Source: an uncultured virus (IMG/VR IMGVR_UViG_3300025313_000005) (taxonomy: Duplodnaviria; Heunggongvirae; Uroviricota; Caudoviricetes). Taken from it: a stretch of DNA of 64,000 bases. The stretch lies in IMG/VR virus record IMGVR_UViG_3300025313_000005; one strand, given 5' to 3'. The position numbers and the translations under genes were made by a program. This document shows positions 10,101 to 20,879 of the stretch, in pieces. How positions within the stretch are numbered: the stretch's first letter is position 1; the number at the start of each line of letters is the position of its first letter. The notes beneath the pieces are model-generated. The model saw only the letters and a program-made list of their open reading frames with translations, made no database searches and was not told where the DNA came from.

Positions 10101-13100
10101 AAAATCAACAACCAGCGATTACTTAATAAGCTTTACGATCCAGAAATCAATATACGCCTATCGGCTAAGTATTTAGGATTACAACTTAAAGCAACTAAGG
10201 GAGACTATCAGCAAGCTCTTGCTGCATATAACGATGGTCTAGGTAACGTACTATCAGGAGCAGCATTTAAAAAACCTACAGTTCAAGCATATATTAATAA
10301 TATTCTTGGTGCATCAGGTAAATTTAAGGCCAATGCTCAGTTAACTGGTGGTGTGCAAACAAAGAGTGGTACACATGGAGATAATAATTCCGCTCAGATG
10401 AAAATAGAAATACCCAACAGATCTGTTAGACAGATATTAGCAGAGACAGATACAGAATCCAATACAGTAAATGATGTTATAGCTGCAACAGCCCCTGTTC
10501 CTAGATATAAACCTGGTAAGTCAGATAGAGCTGCTTACCATGATTTATTAACCTATGATCAAACAGGAAGATTGGTATTAGCATTCCCTACATATGTTCT
10601 TCAGTTACTCGATGAAGGACCAATGATATGGTGGTTTAAATGCATACCTATCTTTGCTAGCCTAAATTCTCTTATGGATGCTACGGTCCGTATGGATCGT
10701 CGAGAACCAGTGCATATAGCTACATTCACATTTGCTAATGCATACCACAGTATGGTACAGGGTGGATGGCAAGATCTAGGTGCTGATTACGGTAGACATG
10801 TTCTTCAAACCACTAATGCTGGAGCAAACAATAATGCATTAGGTGGATTCCCTGCTATGATAGGTGATTACTTTGCATGGTTGGGCGCTTCATATCTAGC
10901 TTATCTTATTCCTAATAGAGAGATAATAGAATACATAAATGAACAGCGCACGCGCCAGTGGGAGCAAACAGCAATACGCCCAGGTATACGCATACATTTT
11001 AGATTGGGATATGGTTCCAATGGATTGCGGTTGCCCGTTGTGTTTAATGGAACGGTAGTAGCTACAGAGGTAGGAGAAGTAGTAGAGGTTATAGCCGAAG
11101 GTGATGGTAGAGAATTAATGAATATATTCCCCGTTGCTAAGCCTAATGCCAAAATTAAAGACATACAGCTATATGAACATAGAGATCTCATGGTTAATAT
11201 GATGATGCCCTATGGAGCAGCTAGTGCTGAAGATGAAAGTGACATGGCTGAAACTCTTATGGGAGATTTCTGGGTACACTTAAAAGACGCACTCAGCAAA
11301 TCAACAGCTGGTCAATCAATGTCCCTAATAGGGAAGGGCTGGAAAGTTGTACATTTCGGTAGGCCCGTATATCCAGAACCAATAATGAATGCCATGAAAG
11401 CTCAAGTAAATAGCAATAAACGATTTTTAGTGCAATCCATGCAAGAAACACTAGAAAGAATAAATGCTAAAGGAATACCATTACCAGATCAACTAATATT
11501 AGCAAGTGTAGCTATTAACTTTGATAATTTAACTTTTTTCGGAAGGACAACTATGGATTTAATAGAACCCCTAAGGGGTTTCTACTTAGCATCCACAGAT
11601 CCTAAAGCCTTTTATGGTGAAATAGGCGAGAATATATATTCACCAGCTGATGTAGCCAGATTAGCTAAGAAGGAAGATACACCTACACAGGAGGACTTCC
11701 TTCGTTCAGGTGGCCATAAACTTAATATGTTTATATTCAATAAGAACCCATGGGATGTTATGACCCTGTGTATGCAAACAAGCCCCAACTTTTACTTACA
11801 AGTACGTCCATTTGAATATAGATCAACCCTTTTCTTTGGAGAAGGATACTATGACTTTAGGTATGCATATCATAGAGTTAGCTCTAAGGACATACAAAAT
11901 AATAAAGAACACAATATAAATGTAACCCAAACATCTACTAGTCAAGTAGGTGTTAAAGATATTCAAAGAATTAAAGATTTAACTCGGACCATCCTCAATT
12001 CACTACGTATGATTCAATCCACTCAAAACATACTTATTTCAGATGTTGCAATGACATTACTTGCTAATGATATTATCCTAAAGGAAGTAGAATTACAACA
12101 ATTAACAAATCAAAAATATAAACCCATATTTAACGGTAATATTGATCATCCCAATACAGATGAAGTCCGTGCACAACTAGAAAAAGTATTAATGGAGCAA
12201 TCACTTATAGCTCGCGGTAGAGAGCTTAACCAAACACTAGCTCAGAATGCTCAAACTGCTCCAGGAAGCACAACTGTATCTAATACCGACCCTAATCCTG
12301 CTTACATCAATGACCCTCGTTTTGGGCTACCTGTAGCATATAAAATCAAAACCTTTTCTCAAGCTCATATATTTACCTCGGGTAATATTATAGCTAATGA
12401 CATACAAGTTAATAATGATCTTGTTTATACAGATATGCACGCTGTATGGTATGTATCTGACAGTGAACCTAAAATAGAACCTCAAGTAATAGATAGCGCC
12501 ATCTTCCCTCAATATCGCAAGAACCAAGTAGTTGATACTAGATTCTTAGCTACTAAGTTTAGTGACCCTTGGGATCATGCTGGATTTGGTATACCTAATT
12601 TGTTTTTAAACTTTCTTACAGCTGGTATATGGGGTGGAATTAAAGATTTAATTAACAATACCATTAATGGTTGGCCACTCAGTTCTGCACATAGACAAGC
12701 TATCAAGATAACTAGATCATTACTTCGTGATTCTGCAAGAGAGATGTATCAAGGAAGCCTATTAGTTATGGGTACACCGTGGGCGTTCCCATGTGATAAA
12801 TTCTACTTAGCCGATTCATATGTAGAGATGAATGGTGTTGCTGATATAAAAGCAGTTACTCACCACTTTGGATTTGATACGGGATTTGTTACAGATATTA
12901 CGCCTGATATAGCCTGTGCTGTAAAAGGTGATAGGTTATGGGCTAACTATTTAGTGGGCATAGCAGCCATAGGTGCTACTGTTGTTGTAAGAAATGCGGT
13001 TACTACATGGTTAGCACATAGTGCTGCTAAACTCAAAAATACCTTATTGAAGGCAGGCAATACATTAAATAAAACAAAACAACTATTCCAAACTGCTAAC

Positions 13101-14258
13101 TCAGCTCAAGCAACAGCCATTGTTGACGGTTTTGAAAATCCTACTACATCTACCTTATCTAAAGGCAAAGATCTTATTAATAAATTTTCTAAATCTGGCG
13201 GCGATGCCCTAAATAAAATCAAAGGCATGATACACATTATTGCTAGAGCCAAGCGTCTAAATACACTTGGTAAGATGATCAAAGCTGGTAAGACAACAAC
13301 TAGTGCGGGCAAAAACATTATACAGCTAATTAAAGCAGGCAGTGTGGTTCTTAAGGCTACGGCAGTAGGTGAAGCAGCTACGGGTGTTGGTGCTCCTGTG
13401 GCAGCTGTACAATTCGCAGTATCTCTAGTACTAGATATACTAGTATGGCTAGTAGTTGATCGTATATTCTTATCAATAGAATACTGGCAATCTAGTAAAT
13501 ATTCACTTATTATAGCACCTCTTAACTTTAGAGGTAGAGAATATACTGCAGGTATAGCAGGTCATAGACAGGGTACCGTAGTTACCCTTGGTGGAGATGA
13601 TATACCTAATGCATCTAGTGATGACTTTACTCAACAAATAAAACAAATAAGAGAAGCTGGTAAGCAAGCTGAGGATGAGTATAAGGGTAAACAACCCAAT
13701 ACCAATAATGAGGAGTTGGCTCCTCAGGGTGCGCGAGGAGGTACTAAATCATTGCCTCCATCTACATCTAAACAACCCGCTGATACGTCTAAACCCGTAC
13801 CCGTTAAGTCTGGTCAGTATGTGCGTCCAGGCAATGGACCCACCACTAGCTCCTTCGGTGTTAACCGAGGAGATCATATTCATCAAGGCATAGACATAGG
13901 TGTTCCTGAGGGCTCAGCTATACGTGCAATTTCAGATGGATATGTAGAAGCCCTAGGTACTCAGATAGGTTCTAGTGGTAGGGGATATGGAAACTGGTTA
14001 GCTATTAATCATGATGATGGCACTGCTGCTGGATATGCTCACTTACAGAACTACGAATTTGATCCAACCACTATGGCTCGCATTAGACGCGGTGAAAAAG
14101 TACGTATTATCAAAGGACAAGTAGTAGCTCGCTCAGGGGTATCAGGAGCACCTGGTCAACCACATCTTCATTTTGAAGCCGCATTAGGACCAAACAAAGT
14201 ATTAAGTGGACTTAGTGGAGATACCGTAGATCCGTGTAGTACTTTTGGAATATGTTAG
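7146..14258 (+). CDS. Baseplate hub / tail-associated lysin with an SLT lytic transglycosylase (about 9870-10310) and a C-terminal M23 peptidase (about 13830-14240)
   Basis: SLT motifs TESNF...GMGQL...DPEINI...AAYNDG. M23 motifs HQGID, YAHL, HLHFE. Hub-like segment RPGIRIHFRLGYG...FNGTV...AEGDG. Immediately upstream of baseplate genes. Confidence 0.85.
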   Translation: MSRDTNPNEASKLLTSQDRKDLLKIIDSGNALITILPELRKQNPNQELVRKARQYVSDIVDGESNLSLTRDQFFSPVILPLFRQEAMGAVGFVSKLVAMPDNGISTVQSAITNAERLGGKLIVAEANREFRQEGKETLGLNIGGFSGNYEALFENNDFPEAFDFPDREDLLGDPTYFRLGDSIFHIPPENISVNKVFQTTALSTIRTPGAQQHFAGRSDIRIEIELTFSNLNEIFGNASNVKKIKRDSGEEVVFGDPNCLASLVAQFRQTPFLPVLNSKLTIDYEIDAITLMSMQIGTVPGLPQALKVRLSMLAFNYKVYMPHVHFFTDAFIWPVFRWHWTNYHKSITANLIKHTIDPESNAFKHTPLGTNPNNAKLTSYWDDIASGAELLKSQWNSEISFSLVAEEALEQRKRIGALLRVQELSRAREQVADLEDALKKLRTQWIENGISDHLLTLNTQEPIIITQMSVTMENQITLMRMHDQEIAPHQFMGSQEDRIVVTLIANNDNNLITDLVNLFKNAQKYAREYRFEINDGFMTIDHPILKLLGIRYVVPQVILMDDVQGFPGWRQITMSFASFNRAERAFKDVKHVFQSDFFASDEFKKYLENNTNVESAGRSIDKELIEMALESMQTLQLYPDLQLPTFKEFSQGLLDIIKLVPEFTEQRAILVRHIKENNGLYVDPDFYMAWPLSQDKTTWVGLLQAHILDALNDAEIDGLEMTYASNFSVNPDGTNDRMTAKAIGRQKYGSIITHPHHDGLPMNEMVNSIIDTTSIGVSENARLVQETDAEARKILEEAKANATTKEERERIDKFEQHIFNARADDLKAKLDEIERFNSAALGPQPVPQSITGKIETSLGLPASTKPTPITLVAIESKTNNISIPSRAIDTYANNSVQDELQMSKIKDTIVSAAKENNIDPVVLTELFRTESNFQAHAKSPTGYVGMGQLGPAAACDASRALGGFLGAEEKAACDPNIINTFSNTGKINNQRLLNKLYDPEINIRLSAKYLGLQLKATKGDYQQALAAYNDGLGNVLSGAAFKKPTVQAYINNILGASGKFKANAQLTGGVQTKSGTHGDNNSAQMKIEIPNRSVRQILAETDTESNTVNDVIAATAPVPRYKPGKSDRAAYHDLLTYDQTGRLVLAFPTYVLQLLDEGPMIWWFKCIPIFASLNSLMDATVRMDRREPVHIATFTFANAYHSMVQGGWQDLGADYGRHVLQTTNAGANNNALGGFPAMIGDYFAWLGASYLAYLIPNREIIEYINEQRTRQWEQTAIRPGIRIHFRLGYGSNGLRLPVVFNGTVVATEVGEVVEVIAEGDGRELMNIFPVAKPNAKIKDIQLYEHRDLMVNMMMPYGAASAEDESDMAETLMGDFWVHLKDALSKSTAGQSMSLIGKGWKVVHFGRPVYPEPIMNAMKAQVNSNKRFLVQSMQETLERINAKGIPLPDQLILASVAINFDNLTFFGRTTMDLIEPLRGFYLASTDPKAFYGEIGENIYSPADVARLAKKEDTPTQEDFLRSGGHKLNMFIFNKNPWDVMTLCMQTSPNFYLQVRPFEYRSTLFFGEGYYDFRYAYHRVSSKDIQNNKEHNINVTQTSTSQVGVKDIQRIKDLTRTILNSLRMIQSTQNILISDVAMTLLANDIILKEVELQQLTNQKYKPIFNGNIDHPNTDEVRAQLEKVLMEQSLIARGRELNQTLAQNAQTAPGSTTVSNTDPNPAYINDPRFGLPVAYKIKTFSQAHIFTSGNIIANDIQVNNDLVYTDMHAVWYVSDSEPKIEPQVIDSAIFPQYRKNQVVDTRFLATKFSDPWDHAGFGIPNLFLNFLTAGIWGGIKDLINNTINGWPLSSAHRQAIKITRSLLRDSAREMYQGSLLVMGTPWAFPCDKFYLADSYVEMNGVADIKAVTHHFGFDTGFVTDITPDIACAVKGDRLWANYLVGIAAIGATVVVRNAVTTWLAHSAAKLKNTLLKAGNTLNKTKQLFQTANSAQATAIVDGFENPTTSTLSKGKDLINKFSKSGGDALNKIKGMIHIIARAKRLNTLGKMIKAGKTTTSAGKNIIQLIKAGSVVLKATAVGEAATGVGAPVAAVQFAVSLVLDILVWLVVDRIFLSIEYWQSSKYSLIIAPLNFRGREYTAGIAGHRQGTVVTLGGDDIPNASSDDFTQQIKQIREAGKQAEDEYKGKQPNTNNEELAPQGARGGTKSLPPSTSKQPADTSKPVPVKSGQYVRPGNGPTTSSFGVNRGDHIHQGIDIGVPEGSAIRAISDGYVEALGTQIGSSGRGYGNWLAINHDDGTAAGYAHLQNYEFDPTTMARIRRGEKVRIIKGQVVARSGVSGAPGQPHLHFEAALGPNKVLSGLSGDTVDPCSTFGIC

Positions 14259-14275
14259 TTGTTTAATATTAATTT

Positions 14276-14665
14276 ATGAATAAAATACAGCAAGCCCTAA
14301 ACTCATTAATATCAGAACAGATTACTAATAAACCACCTACTACTGTTGGTTATATAACATCAAAGTATACCAACGGCTACTTTATGGTTAAATACAGAAT
14401 TCCAGGTTCTGCCATAGAACATGAATCACCATTACCATATACGGTCTTTGACCGCGGTATGATGCATAAGTTGCCAACTATAGGTACACCTGTTACAATT
14501 ACATTTGAGGGTGGTAATGCGACAGCAGCTAGAATTACATCTATTAACCTACCACATAAGATGTTACCAGAGAATCCAGTAAACGCCCAGCAGAAAGCTC
14601 ATGGCGCAGTTACTGAACCACTTATAGACATAGCTGGAGGCAGTAATCTAAATGGCGGATTCTAA
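14276..14665 (+). CDS. Putative baseplate spike/gpV-like OB-fold protein
   Basis: LPTIGTPVTITFEGGN resembles the gp5/gpV N-terminal OB-fold motif (P.iG..V.v.F.gG); positioned after the hub gene. Confidence 0.5.
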   Translation: MNKIQQALNSLISEQITNKPPTTVGYITSKYTNGYFMVKYRIPGSAIEHESPLPYTVFDRGMMHKLPTIGTPVTITFEGGNATAARITSINLPHKMLPENPVNAQQKAHGAVTEPLIDIAGGSNLNGGF

Positions 14666-15488
14666 AGCTACTCAAAGCCTACAGGAAGAACAACAACAGT
14701 TAGCTCAAGACAAAGCTCGCATTACTAATGTTTTAGATCAGATATCTAAATCTGAAGGATTAGATTACGAAAAGAAACTTGCTCTTGAAAAGCTATGGTA
14801 CGTCAATAGTACTGATCCATCTGAGATTGAACAATTTAACAGAGATGATGTTGGTGTACTTGATGAAGACAGTGGCTCCGTCTTTAGACTCCATCAGCAT
14901 GCAAACAAAAAGTCTATTGCTGATATATATGTGGATCCAGTTACTGGTATTAAGGTTGACAGCAAACGACCCACATCTCTACTAGAGATGGCAGATTTAG
15001 GTATACATCTGCATCATAAGTTCCATTTAATTACAGATCCCAAGGGTTTCCTGTGGAACTTTAAATATGTTAATCCAGCTATCGCAACAGAGAGTCCTAG
15101 TGGTGGACCATTTAAGTTCTTGGACGCAGCTCCTCAGTTTGTACAAAATATGCAGTCCATGTTTAATGGCTCAGGAGCATTTGAAAAAATACTTGGTATT
15201 AAGTTACCTTTCCCTGGATTTAATGTAAACAGTATTGTTCCTTTTATAGGAGGAGGGACAACTAATCTCTTCTCTAGTAGCTTAATGAAATCATTGAGTA
15301 ATGTCTTACCCACTAACATCCTGGGTAGCTTTGGTGGTCTAATGAAGGCTAACCCCCTATCTAATATTACTAATACTCTACAACAATCATTAGGTAGTTT
15401 AGGTAAGATAGGCATCCCTGGTATAGGTGGTGGAGGAATTCCCCTTCCAAGTATACCCTTTAATCCGTTGAAAATATTCGGTAAATAA
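14652..15488 (+). CDS. Hypothetical baseplate-region protein with a Gly/Pro-rich amphipathic C-terminus
   Basis: 278-aa ORF, RBS-like GGAGG upstream, overlaps the previous gene. Confidence 0.55.
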   Translation: MADSKATQSLQEEQQQLAQDKARITNVLDQISKSEGLDYEKKLALEKLWYVNSTDPSEIEQFNRDDVGVLDEDSGSVFRLHQHANKKSIADIYVDPVTGIKVDSKRPTSLLEMADLGIHLHHKFHLITDPKGFLWNFKYVNPAIATESPSGGPFKFLDAAPQFVQNMQSMFNGSGAFEKILGIKLPFPGFNVNSIVPFIGGGTTNLFSSSLMKSLSNVLPTNILGSFGGLMKANPLSNITNTLQQSLGSLGKIGIPGIGGGGIPLPSIPFNPLKIFGK

Positions 15489-15511
15489 GCTATTATTTAT
15501 GGAGAACTCCG

Positions 15512-15937
15512 ATGATAAATGTCCAAGACCTACTTCTAACAGATGACTTTGACTTTGTTGTTCAGGATGGTGACTTTGTTCTTGCCCCTCCTGAAGCAGC
15601 TCTCAAACAAAACATGACCCTTCGTGCTTTAGCTAATAAGGGTGATTATAAATTTTATCCTACGCTAGGTTCTAATTTAGAAAGTCTTATGGGCAAACAC
15701 AATAGTGCTGAGACGGGTATGGAAGGAGTAGAACTCCTTACCCAAGCAATGTCATTTGATAATCTAGTTAATCCATCTGATTTACGTATCGAACCAGTAC
15801 CTCTAACACCCAATACATTAGCATTTTATTTACTAACTAGTGTATCAGATCTATTTGAAAATACAGTAACAGTAGTAGCTGTTGTTGATCTTAATACAGG
15901 TATAAGCTTTAAGCCAGTGGGAGAGGACGTAGTCTAA
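15512..15937 (+). CDS. Baseplate wedge protein, gp25/gpW-like
   Basis: DLLL...GDFVL...LKQNMTLRA...GDYKFYPTLGSNLESLMGK pattern; precedes the J-like gene; GGAG RBS. Confidence 0.75.
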   Translation: MINVQDLLLTDDFDFVVQDGDFVLAPPEAALKQNMTLRALANKGDYKFYPTLGSNLESLMGKHNSAETGMEGVELLTQAMSFDNLVNPSDLRIEPVPLTPNTLAFYLLTSVSDLFENTVTVVAVVDLNTGISFKPVGEDVV

Positions 15938-16749
15938 TGGCTATAATCAGAAGAAGCGTAGAAGAATTAGATGCTAATGCAATAGCTCGCATAATCGCAA
16001 ACACTGATCTACAGAAAATAAATACACGAGGTACATTTGTTAGAGAGATACTTCGCAGTATTAATACTACTCTTGGACAACTATATACAGATTTTGATAT
16101 AGGCTTAGCACAAAGTCTAATATCTAGAGCTGAGGGTGTATTCTTAGATGGTCTAGGTGACTTATTTGCTATCAAGCGTATGCCTAACGAGCGTGATGAT
16201 AACTTCAGATTTAGAATTACCAACCAAGTACTTGAACTCGCTGATACTAATGCTACAGCCATAAGATTACAAATACTTGTTTTGGATAATATCAGAGATG
16301 CTATCGTAAGAGATTTCACATTTGGTATTGGAAGCTTTCAGGTATTTGTGCTGCCAGAAACAGGTCCATTATCTGATATGGAACTAGCCAATACTCAACA
16401 GGTTATAGATGAACATAAGGCTCTTGGTGTATATGGCATAGCTACTAAGCCCATAGAGATGGCAGTAGACATTAACCTACAAGTATTGTTTAGAAAAGAC
16501 ACTAATCTTGCAAGTAGACCAGCATTAAGAGAAGCTGTTAAATTAAATATTATTAATTACATAGATACACTATCTCTTGGCGATACAATTATTTTTGATC
16601 AGCTTATTAGTATTTCACTCAATACTTCTTCTGATATTCTAGATATTAATATAACAGAGATGCGTATTAACGAAGACCTGGTTTTATTTAGAGATTACAT
16701 CCCTAATGAGGATGAACTTTTAATACCTGGGACTATTAACGTAACTTAA
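15937..16749 (+). CDS. Baseplate J-like wedge protein
   Basis: AEGVFLDGLGDLFAIKR..NERDDNFRFRI; NIINYIDTLSLGDTI; TAATG coupling to the gp25-like gene. Confidence 0.8.
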   Translation: MAIIRRSVEELDANAIARIIANTDLQKINTRGTFVREILRSINTTLGQLYTDFDIGLAQSLISRAEGVFLDGLGDLFAIKRMPNERDDNFRFRITNQVLELADTNATAIRLQILVLDNIRDAIVRDFTFGIGSFQVFVLPETGPLSDMELANTQQVIDEHKALGVYGIATKPIEMAVDINLQVLFRKDTNLASRPALREAVKLNIINYIDTLSLGDTIIFDQLISISLNTSSDILDINITEMRINEDLVLFRDYIPNEDELLIPGTINVT

Positions 16750-16757
16750 GGGAACGT

Positions 16758-19700
16758 ATGCCTCATAACATTCGCACATTATCATCTACAGAATATCCTG
16801 TATCTAAGGAACTCCAGGCACTTATTGGCGCCTTACCTGCATTTACGGCAGCGCGTAAGAACTTTCCCTTTACTGATATAATTATTCCTTCAACAATTAC
16901 GTCCAATGCAATTAAACTTGTAAATGCTATAGCTCTCACTCAAGAAGAGTTAAGACAAGATATTAAGGAGATCGTACGTAATCCATATATTAGATTTCCC
17001 AATTACACAAATACATCTTTAGACATTATATATAGTGTAATTATTGCAGCCACACTCAGTATTACTACATTAACTGGTAATACAGATACAATTGATATAG
17101 ATGTAGTAGATCGGTTCCACGATTTTATCTACGGTAAAGCAAGCATACAAACTTTTACATCTCCTGGCACAGCTACTTTAATTCTTGACAGACAAATAGG
17201 CATAGATATACTAACAGATAATCTTCTAGTAGAGTGGGTATCATTTAACGACATATATCTCTCCTCGTCGCAATACACAATTAGTAATATATTAACTGGC
17301 GGCAAGTATCGTGGTAGAATAGTTATTACGGACGGCTCTATTCCGTTAGACCAGGAATTTAAAGTTCATTACACCACATACGATATCGCGTTCAAGCAAG
17401 AGGTATTTGGAGCCAGTAGTTTACAACTAGTATTTCGTAAGTCATACACTGATATTAAGATAAATTCTATATCATATAAGCCAGTAAGACATCATATCTT
17501 CAACGAATATGATGAAATAGGATTACTATTAAGCGAACCTCGTGTTAGTGGAGAGACTAACGAACAATATCAAAAGCGATTAAGCGATGCTTATTTATTT
17601 AATCGTAATGCTACGGAAGCTGGCTTAAGGCATGCATTAGCTAACTCTCTATTCCTAATACATCATACGGAGTGGCCTAACACTCAAGACTCAATTACTA
17701 TAAATCATCCATATGAGCATCCAATCTATATTAACTTTACACCAATAGAAGTGTTTAAATATCTTACTGTTCAAGATATATCTTCAGGTGGAGTATTAAA
17801 TCCAGACAACTCCATAACGTGGATAGTCCCATTAGTGCCAGCCTCACACACTCCAGTGGAGTTAAATTTTAATATAGAGTATAGCGGAGAAACACCACTT
17901 CATACTAGCTATATACCTATCTCTATGAATAAGATGATAAACATAGCTTATATTACGCCAGTTGATGTGCCTATTAGAATACTACCAACACAAAACATAT
18001 TTAGAACTAATAACAATTACATACAGGGAACACTTCGTGTCTTTGTAGATGGTATTGAGGTAAATACTGTTGAATTAGGATATAACACATTTGAATTAAA
18101 TAACGATTTAGATGAAGATCAAATAATATCTTGCACATATATATCTGCCAATGATAGATTAATGGTAGATTTAGATGAGCGGCATTGTAATATTGCTTTA
18201 TTAACTAAGCCTATAATATCTACTCGTGCAGATATTTATGTAAATACTACGTATCCTCAATTAGATCTCGAACATAAACTCGCGTTTAATCCAAATGAAT
18301 TACGTCTAGATCATATAGCAAAAACAACCATAAGCCTTCTTAATCTGGGACGAGTAGACGCTACTAATGTAGCCGTAACAGTACATCTATGGGATCCAAT
18401 AGAAGTTACTACAACCTCTACTTCAGCTAATGAATGTTCTATTACACCAACATGCCCAACCAGTATTACCCTTACAGATAACCTACAACTACGAGATAGA
18501 GAAATACGCTATATTAGTTGTGAAGATATAACAGTACATGATTTCTCAGATCAAGATTACTATAAGTCAACACTATTAAATGCAGATGGGACTACTACTC
18601 GTGAGCTTAGGGGCTTTGCTCATGAACTAACACAGGCTTCCCCATTAATATGGGGACAGGTTATATGGGATAAGAGCTACTGGGGTTCACTTAAAGAGCG
18701 AGTACAAACAATAGGTTTTACTCCAAATGCAATAGATCCTGATTTATCCAGCTTTCCAATAGATAATCTACTTATACCATTGTTGTTTACAGCAACCGTT
18801 GAGGATATAGTTGTATTGCCAGAATCCATAGGCGACTTTCTTATTAGTCCCGATGGTTCTTTTTGGGAAGTGGTAGTGGATAATGACGGCGCACTAGGTT
18901 TAGAACTCGCTGATACAAGTGTTGTAATACCTCCGTCTCCACCAGTAGGTCCTATTAATATCTTTAAGTATTTAGATATAGGTCGTAAGAGGGATTTTCA
19001 TAGTGGTGTAGGTGACTTTGATGATTTATTAGTTAGTGTCGATCAACTACTCAAAAAAAGACATCTAGACGAATTCCCCACAGACATAGTTAAAGATATT
19101 GCTTATCACGTAGATTACACAGACTACCTAGCTAAATGGTGGGTAATGCTTAATCGTGGGTGGTACTACATCAATGATCAGAAGTCTTATATGTTTGCAG
19201 AACCCAATACCCTCACGTTTGAAAACATAGATAGTTTTACTATCTCTACCAAGGACTTACAGGATAACTTTCCAGTATTGGTATCATTAGTAGATATAGA
19301 CACAAGCGGCAATACCATTAAAACACCTCTACGTCAAGTTAATTTTTGTGATGAGAACTATAATCCAACACTATGGTTTACAGAAGAGATATGTGGCAAT
19401 GGCAGAGATAATCAATTGTATTTATCGTTCACCGATATAGAAGCTCTTACACTGGATGGTGTAAATACATCGGCAATAGATAATATAATTACCTTAGATA
19501 GCTATGAATGTATACCGACATCAGCTTGTTTTACGGCTAACTATCGATTAAGGGATAGTTATATTGTAAATTATGAATCAGGCTTAGTTAATTTAAGTCA
19601 GTCCTATTCAAGGATTGAAGTTACTCATGAAACATCGGATGGATTACACAATACTAATCTAGCACTAAACCCTCTGTTTAATCCACACACTAATGGATTT

Positions 19701-20879
19701 GTTTATCTTACAGACGAAGATGCTATACCAACTAAATTAACCTGTAGGGTTAGTCCTAATTCATTTAGAACAAACGTAAGGCAAGTTGCGATAGTTACAG
19801 TAGAACTACTTGATGTTAATGGGACACCAATACCTAATGCGGTAGTTAACTTTAGACGCACGAGAAGTAGAGTATTAGAAACTATAGTTGGACTACCTAC
19901 CCCAGTTACATCACCCAGCCCAATTAAAGTAGTATCAGATAATTTACTTAGTGATCCAACCAATAAGAAACTTAAACTCTTTCACCCATATGAATTGGGT
20001 ACTGATACATTATTTGTATGGGTTAATGGCCAACTACAAATCATTAATAGAGATTATACTGAATTAGATATTAACACTATAGAATTTACTAATCTATTAA
20101 ATGCAGGAGATTGGATCTATACAAGAATACGCCTTGATGATGTTAAGCGTGAGAAACACACAGTAGTGGGTGGACAGACAGAAATATTCCTATCTAATAC
20201 ATTTGAATTAGATACATGGAAATTAATGGTGTATGTTAACGGACAACTGCAGCGTTTAAATGCCGACTATGTAGAAGTTGATAACACAACTGTTATGTTT
20301 AATTACGAACTTAATGAAGATGATACAATAGAAACACATATAGTTTCTGATACGATATATGACAGTACTTATATCTATGCGGCAAATCAACAAATAGTTA
20401 ATGTAACTCCATTTGTTCCTGGTAAGGGGTTGCTTATGGTATATGTTAACGGACAGCTTCAAAGATTAAATAAGGATTATATTGAAGCAAACACATCATC
20501 TATTAAGTTTAATTATAAATTGAACATTAGTGATTGGGTGTTTGTTAGGCAATATGTACCTGCCGTGGATAGTCCAGAGGTTGGTAATCCTATTGATCCA
20601 GATAGACAACTTATTACAATAGATGAAGTTAATGATACGGCCACAGATGAATATGGTAGGGCTTATTGGTATATGGATATATACGAGAACACCTATGGTA
20701 TTATGCCAATAGAAGTTAATGTAACAACATATAACCCAGACTTCACCGTAGGTTATACCTTTAATTGTGGTTTAGCTATAGAGATATATGAACCCTCTAT
20801 GACATTTCTGTCATTGCCTGTATACGCCCCAGACAGCGCTATAGATACAGCAGGAGGTCGGTACCTGAAATATGAATAA
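16758..20879 (+). CDS. Large baseplate/tail structural protein with Ig-like and repeated beta-rich domains
   Basis: DEIGLLL..PRVSGETNEQYQKRL wedge-type motif; three LxVxVNGQLQ repeats (about 20000-20560); Ig-like VTVELLDVNGTPIPNAVVNF. Confidence 0.65.
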   Translation: MPHNIRTLSSTEYPVSKELQALIGALPAFTAARKNFPFTDIIIPSTITSNAIKLVNAIALTQEELRQDIKEIVRNPYIRFPNYTNTSLDIIYSVIIAATLSITTLTGNTDTIDIDVVDRFHDFIYGKASIQTFTSPGTATLILDRQIGIDILTDNLLVEWVSFNDIYLSSSQYTISNILTGGKYRGRIVITDGSIPLDQEFKVHYTTYDIAFKQEVFGASSLQLVFRKSYTDIKINSISYKPVRHHIFNEYDEIGLLLSEPRVSGETNEQYQKRLSDAYLFNRNATEAGLRHALANSLFLIHHTEWPNTQDSITINHPYEHPIYINFTPIEVFKYLTVQDISSGGVLNPDNSITWIVPLVPASHTPVELNFNIEYSGETPLHTSYIPISMNKMINIAYITPVDVPIRILPTQNIFRTNNNYIQGTLRVFVDGIEVNTVELGYNTFELNNDLDEDQIISCTYISANDRLMVDLDERHCNIALLTKPIISTRADIYVNTTYPQLDLEHKLAFNPNELRLDHIAKTTISLLNLGRVDATNVAVTVHLWDPIEVTTTSTSANECSITPTCPTSITLTDNLQLRDREIRYISCEDITVHDFSDQDYYKSTLLNADGTTTRELRGFAHELTQASPLIWGQVIWDKSYWGSLKERVQTIGFTPNAIDPDLSSFPIDNLLIPLLFTATVEDIVVLPESIGDFLISPDGSFWEVVVDNDGALGLELADTSVVIPPSPPVGPINIFKYLDIGRKRDFHSGVGDFDDLLVSVDQLLKKRHLDEFPTDIVKDIAYHVDYTDYLAKWWVMLNRGWYYINDQKSYMFAEPNTLTFENIDSFTISTKDLQDNFPVLVSLVDIDTSGNTIKTPLRQVNFCDENYNPTLWFTEEICGNGRDNQLYLSFTDIEALTLDGVNTSAIDNIITLDSYECIPTSACFTANYRLRDSYIVNYESGLVNLSQSYSRIEVTHETSDGLHNTNLALNPLFNPHTNGFVYLTDEDAIPTKLTCRVSPNSFRTNVRQVAIVTVELLDVNGTPIPNAVVNFRRTRSRVLETIVGLPTPVTSPSPIKVVSDNLLSDPTNKKLKLFHPYELGTDTLFVWVNGQLQIINRDYTELDINTIEFTNLLNAGDWIYTRIRLDDVKREKHTVVGGQTEIFLSNTFELDTWKLMVYVNGQLQRLNADYVEVDNTTVMFNYELNEDDTIETHIVSDTIYDSTYIYAANQQIVNVTPFVPGKGLLMVYVNGQLQRLNKDYIEANTSSIKFNYKLNISDWVFVRQYVPAVDSPEVGNPIDPDRQLITIDEVNDTATDEYGRAYWYMDIYENTYGIMPIEVNVTTYNPDFTVGYTFNCGLAIEIYEPSMTFLSLPVYAPDSAIDTAGGRYLKYE

